Positions 56,209-64,000 of a stretch of 64,000 nt of DNA are shown here, in pieces. Position 1 is the first letter of the stretch. The number at the start of each line of letters is the position of its first letter. The translations under genes were made by a program, and so were the position numbers. The stretch is from a virus: positions 11,371-75,370 of the IMG/VR virus record IMGVR_UViG_3300042516_004698. The stretch is one strand, 5' to 3'. The notes under the pieces were generated by a model that worked only from the letters and a program-made list of their open reading frames with translations, was not told the origin of the DNA and made no database searches.

Positions 56209-58145
56209 GGCACGCCGAAGAACCGGTTGTCCATGTCGTGATCGTCCCAGTTGTCTGGATTCTCAGTAACGGCGGCTCTAGAGCTGATCGCGCCGATACC
56301 GGCAATTTCAGCAAAGTTGGGCCACGCGTTGTTGATGTGCCACACGGCAGAGCAACCAAGATTTACAGCCTGCGCGAAGTCGTCGCTCAGTAGCGTGTTC
56401 CGCGTGATCGTATAGATATCCCCGGCTAGTCGCGATTCGGCCTTGTTCTCCACAAGAGCGAGGAAGTCCGCGATTAGTCCGGGGTTATCTTGCGATGCCC
56501 AGTCATACTGAAAAAAGCGAATTTGCTTAAGCTTGATCGCTTGGCAGGTATACAGCAGCGACCGCGTTTTATCCAGCGAGTAATGCTGCCGATGGTTAAT
56601 GGCTGTAGACGGCTTAAATACCATCATGTCCTGACTAGCGGCGCGTACAAGCCGGACAGCCATGACTTTGTCTAGATTAAAGCCTGCCTGCACCATAACT
56701 GTTTCGCGTACAGTGCCGGCGCCTGTATAGTCATGCGCCACGTAATCCACACGGAAGCGCTCCGCCCACTTCATGCACTCTACCGCCTCCGCAAGATGGT
56801 CGGCGCCGAGTACAATCCGTTTGCCCCACAATACGTCAATCGTGCCGGAGCTAGAGAACCCGAGCAACGCAAGGACTGTGAATGAGATACCCTCTTCTCC
56901 ACCGCCGCCCCAGTCGATCGCTAGCACACGATGTTTGTACATGTTTAGTGTGTCTAAGCATTTTTGATCTGGTTCTTTTTTGTTTTCCCACTCTAACTGG
57001 CATGCGGCTCTTAACTCTGTTTCTGTTACTAGTTTCTGACCCGAGTCAATCGATTCGCCCAAAACTTCGTTGTAGAACTGAGCCTGCGTCATGTTGCCGA
57101 AGCCCTCGCGCTTGAGCAGCAGCGTTGACCACTTTTCGGGGTCGGAGAAGTGCAGCGGGAGAATCAGCTGAGGCACGTGATACCCGGAGAACTGCCAGCG
57201 CCGATCTGGATGCCTGTGAACCCAACGCCCGTGCCGCGGATTAATTGGCTTACGGCATTTTGCGCAAACTGTCCCGGGGTATTTCTCCGAGATGTGTACG
57301 TTGTAGTCACCGATCATCGCGTCGAGGTCGTGATCGATTGAAGGGATATTCCAGTGCCGACATGACTCGCACGGAATAAACCACTCTGCGCCGCTCGAGC
57401 GCTTGTATAACCCCTCTAATGGGTTATCCATGGACTTCGGCGTGCCTGTAAAATGTGTCATGGCGAAACGACTGTATGACATCGTTTCTTGAATAATCGG
57501 AATGTGATCGGGGTCCATATCCTGAACCTCGTCGAAACACACTCGATCTGCGCTCACGCCTCGGACACGGTCGGCGTCGAGCAGCGCAAAACTGAACAAC
57601 ATGATGCTCTTGTTCTTGAATGAACGTTGCAGCACGTTGTTCTCAGTATCCGTACCTGACCACTGGCTCTTCACGGGCGACTGGTCAATGAACGGACGCA
57701 CGTAGTTATTACTGAAACGCCGGATCTGCTCAAACAGCGGCGTGACGTAGAGAGTCTTAAAAAACGGAATGCAATTAGAAAGGACAACACCGTGAGCTGA
57801 TAACGATGTGGATTTACTGACCTGACGTCCGGTTTTCAGCACCATGTTTTTAGGCATGAGCAATCTGAACATCGGAGCGAACGGGTAATGGTCAATTAAC
57901 GAGTACGGTTTACCGTTCAAATTTAATACGAGCGGAAGAATTGGCTCCAAGGATGGAAAGAACTTTTGACTTGCCAATTCAGTAAGCAAAGCTGACCGAG
58001 CGCTAAAGGAATGCGCGTCGGTGCAGTCGATCGACATTAACTCATGGACAAGCGAGTGAACTCCCTTGTTGGGTATTTCAAACGCGTGTTCGGGCGGCAG
58101 GGCCAGATCCTGCAACATATTTGGTGACATATGGGTAGGTACCAA
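56205..58145 (-). CDS. terL: Terminase large subunit (GpA-like)
   Basis: Walker A KTGRQVSKST, Walker B CFDEVQD, GTP coupling motif, CxxC pairs, FYNEVLG, nuclease IDWG and DDFAQA. Start uncertain (58145, 58130 or 58118). Confidence 0.92.
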   Translation of the reverse strand: MVPTHMSPNMLQDLALPPEHAFEIPNKGVHSLVHELMSIDCTDAHSFSARSALLTELASQKFFPSLEPILPLVLNLNGKPYSLIDHYPFAPMFRLLMPKNMVLKTGRQVSKSTSLSAHGVVLSNCIPFFKTLYVTPLFEQIRRFSNNYVRPFIDQSPVKSQWSGTDTENNVLQRSFKNKSIMLFSFALLDADRVRGVSADRVCFDEVQDMDPDHIPIIQETMSYSRFAMTHFTGTPKSMDNPLEGLYKRSSGAEWFIPCESCRHWNIPSIDHDLDAMIGDYNVHISEKYPGTVCAKCRKPINPRHGRWVHRHPDRRWQFSGYHVPQLILPLHFSDPEKWSTLLLKREGFGNMTQAQFYNEVLGESIDSGQKLVTETELRAACQLEWENKKEPDQKCLDTLNMYKHRVLAIDWGGGGEEGISFTVLALLGFSSSGTIDVLWGKRIVLGADHLAEAVECMKWAERFRVDYVAHDYTGAGTVRETVMVQAGFNLDKVMAVRLVRAASQDMMVFKPSTAINHRQHYSLDKTRSLLYTCQAIKLKQIRFFQYDWASQDNPGLIADFLALVENKAESRLAGDIYTITRNTLLSDDFAQAVNLGCSAVWHINNAWPNFAEIAGIGAISSRAAVTENPDNWDDHDMDNRFFGVP

Positions 58146-58310
58146 GACGGCAACTACTATCGCAACGAGGATGACGCAGAACTGCAGTGGCTGGAGGACG
58201 GAATAGGTCTTACAGGCAAAACACTGGTTTTCGGCGTTTGTGCTTTAGCGTTAGGGTTATGCCAGCTGGGTTTCGGGCTTTTTAAGCTACTCACTTCAGA
58301 CGACGCGTAA
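58131..58310 (+). CDS. Small membrane protein (59 aa)
   Basis: MGRYQDG...LVFGVCALALGLCQLGFGLF; below the ORF-track cutoff. Confidence 0.4.
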   Translation: MGRYQDGNYYRNEDDAELQWLEDGIGLTGKTLVFGVCALALGLCQLGFGLFKLLTSDDA

Positions 58311-58485
58311 TTAAAGCGCAAGCTGGGGTAAGTGTAATAAAAGCTTGCCCCGGCTTGCTGCTGGTGCGTACACGCCTAGGATTGCACAAACTAATGAATA
58401 TATCAAGCCCAATTGCCAATTTGCGACGGCAAACGCTATACGCCGGGCAAGCCGTTGTATGATTTCTTTCGGCGGGTGCTGTATC

Positions 58486-58668
58486 ATGTCAGACACTGAT
58501 GGCGGGACGCTTGTTGGTTTTGCAGGACTTTTGTTAGTTGCATCCATCATTTGCTTCCCTATGCTTGGCTTTACGGGCGTAATATCAGCCTTGTGTGCTA
58601 TTTATTTCGGACTCGTTCTTACAAACGGCGCGGATACAGCCGCTAAACGGCGCAACCGCAGAAGGTGA
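58486..58668 (+). CDS. Two-TM membrane protein with basic tail (holin-like)
   Basis: Two hydrophobic segments followed by KRRNRRR. Confidence 0.5.
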   Translation: MSDTDGGTLVGFAGLLLVASIICFPMLGFTGVISALCAIYFGLVLTNGADTAAKRRNRRR

Positions 58669-58672
58669 GCTT

Positions 58673-59050
58673 ATGGACAAGCTTGTCGATTTAATTACAG
58701 TTACGCTCGCAACGGGCGCTATTATTGAAGTGTGGCACAAAGGCTCTATATTTGCCACGCCCAGAGCGTACGCGCAGGCGATACAGGATGTCGCAAAACA
58801 CGGCTCATTTCGAGCGCTGTGGACGGAGTTGTTGAATTGTCCGTTTTGCAAAAGTTACCACATCCCGGTTTATTTGTTTCTGGTCTTGTATCTAGCGGAT
58901 TATTTTGGCGGTATTGCATCTGTTGGTGTACGTGCTATCGTATTCGGACTCGCAGCAACGCGGGCTTCTAATCTGATAGACGGCCTTCTACCAACAAGGA
59001 TGCAGTATGAGCCAGCAGACACCATCGGAACCGACGGGCTCGACCATTGA
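58673..59050 (+). CDS. DUF1360-like membrane protein
   Basis: SIF..PR and ELLNCPFCKSYH motifs flanked by TM segments. Confidence 0.6.
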   Translation: MDKLVDLITVTLATGAIIEVWHKGSIFATPRAYAQAIQDVAKHGSFRALWTELLNCPFCKSYHIPVYLFLVLYLADYFGGIASVGVRAIVFGLAATRASNLIDGLLPTRMQYEPADTIGTDGLDH

Positions 59051-59420
59051 GTCCGAAAAACTCGCTTGTGATTTGGCATTTTTTTCGAGCGCTAACGTAT
59101 TTGCAGAAGGCGCTATCGCAAAGATTCCAGAGCTGCAAGCAGTTGCCGTGATTCCGTTATGGGCACCGCAACTTGAGAATGTCCCGACGGGAATTTTAAG
59201 GTTACGGGATGAGCAAGCGCCGTACCTAAGCGGACTTTTGCAAATGCTGGGCCGTATTGCCGCGTTCAGCGTCGACGTGCATAAAGACATGGTCACGCAA
59301 ATAAAGGCATTTGACCGTATGGCGGCGAATCTCGTTGCAGAGATCAAAGCCAAATCTGTCGAGCTGCACGAAATAAACCAGCAGCTAGCGCGCCCGGCCG
59401 ACAACAACCCCTCGGAGTAG
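59007..59420 (+). CDS. Hypothetical protein with C-terminal coiled coil
   Basis: ORF within the operon. Confidence 0.55.
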   Translation: MSQQTPSEPTGSTIESEKLACDLAFFSSANVFAEGAIAKIPELQAVAVIPLWAPQLENVPTGILRLRDEQAPYLSGLLQMLGRIAAFSVDVHKDMVTQIKAFDRMAANLVAEIKAKSVELHEINQQLARPADNNPSE

Positions 59421-59422
59421 CA

Positions 59423-59722
59423 ATGCCTACAGATCTATCAGAAGATCAGATGTTGGTAGCGACACTTCGGGACTATTACGCCGCACGCGAGCCAGAAGAC
59501 GTCTTGCGCGATCTTCATGAAAAGTATGGCGAAACGTGGACAGACGCAGAATTATTGCGTGATTTTGGCGTTCAGTTTTTCGACGGACCACGTGTCCACG
59601 TAATCCGTAAAAAAGACGGCACGAGAGGAACTGTAGCCTTTATCGATAGCCCGAGGTTCTATTTTTCGTTTATCCCAGAACCTACAGTTACGCCTGATAC
59701 GGTGCTGGGAACGGCGAGTTGA
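59423..59722 (+). CDS. Hypothetical protein
   Basis: Compact domain KYGETWT..EL.RDF...RKKDGTRG...SPRFYF. Confidence 0.6.
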   Translation: MPTDLSEDQMLVATLRDYYAAREPEDVLRDLHEKYGETWTDAELLRDFGVQFFDGPRVHVIRKKDGTRGTVAFIDSPRFYFSFIPEPTVTPDTVLGTAS

Positions 59723-59804
59723 AACGCGTAAAGATAGCGCGTATGGTTTATTGACCATCAGTGTTCTTCACCGCGCGGTGGAGCTGCAATAAACGGAGGC
59801 CGAA

Positions 59805-60563
59805 ATGGTTAGGCAGACAAACATGACAGAAGCAGAAAGTTGCTGGGAAGATAGTCTCGAAAACGACGAAACCTGTGAGCGCTACTTGCGTCGGCAAAAA
59901 GAAGAACGTGCCGCCGCCGCAGAAGAGCTCGAGGATGACGTCGAAGTAGATGAGTCCGAAGAAGAAACGTCGGATGAGTCAGAAGACGAGCTGGTTACCG
60001 CTGAGCATGAGGCGGACGCGGGCGACGATGACGATGAAGAAGAAGAGGACTCTGACGAGGAGTCGGAGGACGACGATCCGGAAAATGTTGCCCCGGACGA
60101 AGATAGCGCAACAGCAACACGAGGTAGAAAAATGGCTAGAACTAAAGCCGACGGCAGTAAGACCAAGGCTGAGTCGATTCGTGAAGTAATCGAGGCAAAG
60201 AAGAAGGCAGGCGCTGAACTCCGCCCTCGGGATATTATCGAGGTGCTGAAGAAGCGCGGTGTCGAGGTAAATGCGTCGCAGGTGTCGATCACGCTGCGTA
60301 ACATGGGCATCCCGCCGCTCCGATCTGGTGCCGGCGCTAAGAAGAAGACAGCCGCAACCGCCCCAGCCGTCAACAACGGTGAAGCGGAAAAGAGTCGGGC
60401 GCTGCTGAAGCGACGTGCTCCGGAAGCGGCTGCGGCGCCGGCTGGGTTGGCTGAAACCGAAAAGCTGCTCGACGCGGCTGCGGATTTCATGCACGCCTCT
60501 GGCGGCTACGAGCACGCTGTGAAGCTGCTCAACATGTGCAATAGGCTGAGCCACCGCGACTGA
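59805..60563 (+). CDS. Acidic N-terminus fused to a basic winged-helix-like DNA-binding domain
   Basis: KAESIREVI...LRPRDIIEVLKKRGVEVNASQVS; internal SD and ATG at 60132. Confidence 0.65.
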   Translation: MVRQTNMTEAESCWEDSLENDETCERYLRRQKEERAAAAEELEDDVEVDESEEETSDESEDELVTAEHEADAGDDDDEEEEDSDEESEDDDPENVAPDEDSATATRGRKMARTKADGSKTKAESIREVIEAKKKAGAELRPRDIIEVLKKRGVEVNASQVSITLRNMGIPPLRSGAGAKKKTAATAPAVNNGEAEKSRALLKRRAPEAAAAPAGLAETEKLLDAAADFMHASGGYEHAVKLLNMCNRLSHRD

Positions 60564-60590
60564 GCGCGGCCAGCAAACGTCTCCTGTGGT

Positions 60591-60649
60591 GGCCCCGGCG
60601 CAAGCTCTCACTGCCAAAAGCGGTGATCTTGCGCCGGGGTTTTTTGTTT
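60591..60649 (+). terminator. Intrinsic terminator
   Basis: CCCCGGCGCAAG/CTTGCGCCGGGG stem with an inner stem, followed by TTTTTTGTTT. Confidence 0.85.
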
Positions 60650-60654
60650 GATGC

Positions 60655-60684
60655 TTGACAGTCATGCGCGAATACCGCATGACT
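60655..60684 (+). promoter_or_regulatory. TTGACA followed by a 9-bp inverted repeat
   Basis: TTGAC-AGTCATGCG-N7-CGCATGACT upstream of the AAA+ gene. Confidence 0.45.
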
Positions 60685-60718
60685 CAATGACCCAGTCCCT
60701 CCAACAAGAAGTAGACCC

Positions 60719-62308
60719 ATGTATCTCTATCTTGCGCTCAACACGGAACCCGGTATCGCCCCAGCCAGCCGTTTAACCGCTGTCGGCCTCGGACCCAGTA
60801 CGCGCGGCAAGCCCGCCAAGAACCACGAAAGCCACGTGTACAACGGCTGCGATTTCTACGCCGGCGTTATGTCCAGTGAAGATGCCGCAAAGATAAATTC
60901 TGCCGAAGCTGCCCGCACCGCCATTGCCCGCGGCGCAGTGGAGCTCGTGCTCAGCAGCGACTACGCCGTCGCCCCGAGCGATATTACCGAAAAGTTTGCC
61001 GAAGCTGTATTACGAATGTGCGCCAGTATTGGAGCAAGCACTCCGGCAGTCGACGCGATGAGGAACGCGTTGCTTAAACAGTTAGCGAATTTAGCGATTA
61101 ATCCCGGCTCGCGGGAAGCGCTTTTTACGATCGCGGAGATCATCGAACGCAACCGTAAGACGTTAAATAATATCTTGAACGACTACCCCGATGGTGGATG
61201 GTGGCATACGAAGACTAGCGCACCTACTGCGGCACCCAGCGCTGAACCGACGCCAGAACCGGCGCCGACGTCTGAAAAGAAAGAAGCCGACGAAGAGGAT
61301 GATTCACCCCGGGAGACCCTGAAGATGGCAACGACGACTGATTTCGGTTTTGGCAAGATGAGCGGTAACAAGGGCGGTACGGCTACGCTGCGCGTGGCTT
61401 CTGTGGCTGCTGAAGCCGAGACTGATACCGACATGAACGGCGTGTTCCTGCCGAAGCCTGATGAGACGTACATCATTAACGATAACGTCGGGAATCTGTT
61501 CAAGATCCTCCAGATCTCGCGACAGAACTGCCCGCAGAACGTAAAGCTGGTCGGCCCTCACGGCTGCGGCAAGACCGAGCTCGCGATTCAGTTCGCTGCT
61601 CGGCTCAAGCTTCCGTTGCTGATCATGGACTGCGCAAATCTGCGCGAGGCTCGTGACTGGTTCGGCTACAAGTCCGCCCGTGAAGGCACAGTGTTCTGGC
61701 ACGAGAGCCAGTTCGTCAAGGCTGTGTCGGCCGGTAACCACGTGATCCTGCTCGACGAGCTCAATCGTGCAAATCCGCATCTGCTCAACACGCTGATGCC
61801 GCTGCTCGACGCTCGTCGGTTTACCTATCTCGAGGAGAAGGGCGATAAGATCTGTGTCGGCCCCGGCACAGTGTTCTTCGCCTCTATGAACGAGGGCGCT
61901 GGCTATACCGGCACGTCTGCGCTTGACCGCGCCATTCGTGACCGCTTCCCCCGCGCCGTCGAGCTGACCTACCTCGGTGAGCAGGACGAGATTAAGTTGC
62001 TCATGAAGCGCGTAGGCGTGAGCGAAGAGATCGCCACCCGGCTCGTGCAGATGGCAAATAAGATTCGCGAAGATGCGACTGGTTTGACTGCCTCGCTGAC
62101 CGATAGCATGTCGACGCGCCAGCTGATTGCTGCCGCTCACGACTTCGCAATCGGCGGCGTGGATACCCTGACGTTCACCATCATCAACCACTTCTCGGCT
62201 GATGGCGACGACGACAGCGAGCGGATCCGTGTCCAGAATATTATTCAGGGCAAGTTCGGCGACCTGCTCGCGGCTGAAGCGGAGAAGAAAGCAAAGAAGG
62301 GAGCCTAA
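60719..62308 (+). CDS. MoxR/CbbQ/NirQ-type AAA+ ATPase with N-terminal extension
   Basis: GPHGCGKT, ILLDELNRA, MNEGAGYTGT, LDRAIRDRF, STRQLI. Confidence 0.9.
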   Translation: MYLYLALNTEPGIAPASRLTAVGLGPSTRGKPAKNHESHVYNGCDFYAGVMSSEDAAKINSAEAARTAIARGAVELVLSSDYAVAPSDITEKFAEAVLRMCASIGASTPAVDAMRNALLKQLANLAINPGSREALFTIAEIIERNRKTLNNILNDYPDGGWWHTKTSAPTAAPSAEPTPEPAPTSEKKEADEEDDSPRETLKMATTTDFGFGKMSGNKGGTATLRVASVAAEAETDTDMNGVFLPKPDETYIINDNVGNLFKILQISRQNCPQNVKLVGPHGCGKTELAIQFAARLKLPLLIMDCANLREARDWFGYKSAREGTVFWHESQFVKAVSAGNHVILLDELNRANPHLLNTLMPLLDARRFTYLEEKGDKICVGPGTVFFASMNEGAGYTGTSALDRAIRDRFPRAVELTYLGEQDEIKLLMKRVGVSEEIATRLVQMANKIREDATGLTASLTDSMSTRQLIAAAHDFAIGGVDTLTFTIINHFSADGDDDSERIRVQNIIQGKFGDLLAAEAEKKAKKGA

Positions 62309-62309
62309 T

Positions 62310-64000
62310 ATGGGTTGGGACAACTTCCACTCCATCTGGGATGAGCCCGTCGACGGCGACGATAACACAGCCGAATCGGCAAAGAAAAAGAAGAAGCTGA
62401 GCTGGTGGGATCAATTCGATCGCGAACCCACCGGCGAAGTCAGCGGAACTGAGAAGGCGGACGCAGACCGGTATTCGTACCGCGAAGCTTTCGATGACTC
62501 GGACTCGCGCTGGTACCGTAGAAACAGCTTCGATTACAGCAGGTACAGCGATTACTCGCCAAGCCGGCTGTTTCGCAGCACGTTCCGCAGCACAGGCATC
62601 GGTTTCGGGGCCGGGCTCGGGAGCTACGCGTCTTCTGCTGATAACGAGCTGAAGAATAAGGCGGTACGCGCTTTACGCGTTTTGACACGTAACGCCAATA
62701 CGGTAGCCGATAAGTCGGCCAAGATTTCTTACGTTGTACGTTTTAGCGACGGCATTGATACCAATCAGCCGGTCGCGGAGAACGTCGTAGGGAAGTCGGG
62801 TAAACGGCAAGAGCAGGTTATCTTTATTTCGCCCAACGACGTTGCGAAAGCAACTACGCCGGACGAAGACGACGCGGCGATCGACGCGCTGACCGGATTT
62901 GTGCTCTTGCGGGTACAGATTGCGCAAAGCGTGCCGAAGTCAGTACTGGAAGATCTCAACGGTACAGCAATGACTACGCTGCCCGCAAAGATAGCTACAA
63001 TGGCGGCTAACAAGGCGCTGCGTACGCCGGAAGAGGCTAAACTTGCCGCGGCTGCGCACACAGATACCTACGCCGCCGGGCTTATTGCTAAAAACCTACT
63101 GACGCGTATTGCGCGCCGCGGTGTCGTACAGGACTGGGGTGGTTTTGCGCCCTACTTCGTACGGCACGCTAAGAAGTTTGCCGCTATTCGTGAGAAGCTC
63201 ACGGAAGCGGGTGCGGTTGAGTCGGTCGAGCTGCTGTCGGCGCAAATTGCCTACAACATGCTCGCCGACGACAGCCAAATCCCGCTGGCGAAAGAGGTCG
63301 AGGCAATTGTCGAAAAGCATCTGAGTACGGAAATTCCGTACGAAGACGTGCTTGCGACGTGTCAGCTGCTTGTTTTCGACTTACGTGCATATCTGACAGC
63401 AAAATCGGAAGAACAACCCCCAGCCGGCGATATCGAGTCGGCAATGGAGGAACTGTTCAACGAGCTTGCTGCGGAGAATACCGCGTCAGAAGACGAAGAT
63501 GCTGTTGAAGCCAGCATGCGGGATAACCTAGAGGGCTTGGCCAGTCTGTTCGACAGTCTGTACGAGGCAGCCGAGCAGAATAAGCAAGAAAACCGCTTTG
63601 GAGAGACGGCTCTTCCGCAAGCAAATGCTAGTAACGACGCCACGCAACTGCAGTCTATGGACAAGGCACGAGACGCTGTTGCGACAGCTCTCGAACACCT
63701 CGAGAACGGTAGGAAGGACAGCACGGGCGAGCCATTTAGCCCGCCACGACTGCTGAACGATTTGCTGTACCAGCAATCCATGCTGGACTCGAGTTTTCTC
63801 TACGCTGCAAGACGCTGTGGCGACTTGCTTGACAAGCACGGCATCAAGGCCGACGAGATACGTGCTACCAATAACCCGCCCGACAAGTCGAGCGATGCGA
63901 GTATCCAAGAAAGCTACGACAAGTACGTCGAAAAGCTGGAAGAGATGCTCAAAAAGTTGGACGCCGCGATTAAAACGGAAACCAACTCGTTGCGCGATAA
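62310..64000 (+). CDS. 3'-truncated large protein, probable CobT/vWA-type partner of the AAA+ ATPase
   Basis: ATG 1 nt after the AAA+ stop, SD AAGGGAG; frame reads open to the window end. No vWA/MIDAS motif visible within the window. Confidence 0.55.
   Translation, partial: MGWDNFHSIWDEPVDGDDNTAESAKKKKKLSWWDQFDREPTGEVSGTEKADADRYSYREAFDDSDSRWYRRNSFDYSRYSDYSPSRLFRSTFRSTGIGFGAGLGSYASSADNELKNKAVRALRVLTRNANTVADKSAKISYVVRFSDGIDTNQPVAENVVGKSGKRQEQVIFISPNDVAKATTPDEDDAAIDALTGFVLLRVQIAQSVPKSVLEDLNGTAMTTLPAKIATMAANKALRTPEEAKLAAAAHTDTYAAGLIAKNLLTRIARRGVVQDWGGFAPYFVRHAKKFAAIREKLTEAGAVESVELLSAQIAYNMLADDSQIPLAKEVEAIVEKHLSTEIPYEDVLATCQLLVFDLRAYLTAKSEEQPPAGDIESAMEELFNELAAENTASEDEDAVEASMRDNLEGLASLFDSLYEAAEQNKQENRFGETALPQANASNDATQLQSMDKARDAVATALEHLENGRKDSTGEPFSPPRLLNDLLYQQSMLDSSFLYAARRCGDLLDKHGIKADEIRATNNPPDKSSDASIQESYDKYVEKLEEMLKKLDAAIKTETNSLRD

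Noticed and set aside
56205-58145. Intein or intron in the terminase
   Set aside because: Length and motif spacing are continuous; no splice-junction or homing-endonuclease motifs seen.
1-64000. Stop-codon reassignment
   Set aside because: Genes are long and tightly packed under the standard code, and TAA, TAG and TGA all end genes at sensible boundaries.

Overview
This window is part of a large, tailed dsDNA phage genome with a contractile tail, at jumbo-phage scale. It uses the standard genetic code and shows no integrase, CRISPR array or IS element. Positions 1-47.5 kb are a + strand virion module: scaffold/internal head proteins, decoration protein, major capsid, neck, sheath, tube, spike, a -1 frameshifted tail chaperone pair, tape measure, baseplate, an embedded sigma-70-family gene, and a long fibre/appendage cluster. 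That cluster includes poly-serine, Cys-rich, cadherin, fibronectin-III and permuted FGE/CLec domains. Positions 47.5-64 kb are a mostly + strand accessory region (CsrA, degenerate primase-like protein, acidic proteins, tRNA-Thr, GNAT, membrane proteins, MoxR/CbbQ-type AAA+ and its partner), into which three minus-strand genes, including the terminase large subunit, are fitted flush. Several domains suggest a Planctomycetota host (inference). Best candidates for new biology: (1) a phage-encoded CsrA plus canonical CANGGANG hairpins with different stems over the ribosome-binding sites of the capsid, decoration, tail-fibre and accessory genes; (2) a K-x-A motif enriched in head proteins, probably a prohead-protease cleavage code; (3) antisense genes whose start and stop codons overlap those of their neighbours; (4) a five-paralogue, poly-Ser/Cys-rich fibre system carrying a circularly permuted FGE-type lectin domain. 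All product calls come from motif recognition and synteny; no database searches were run.
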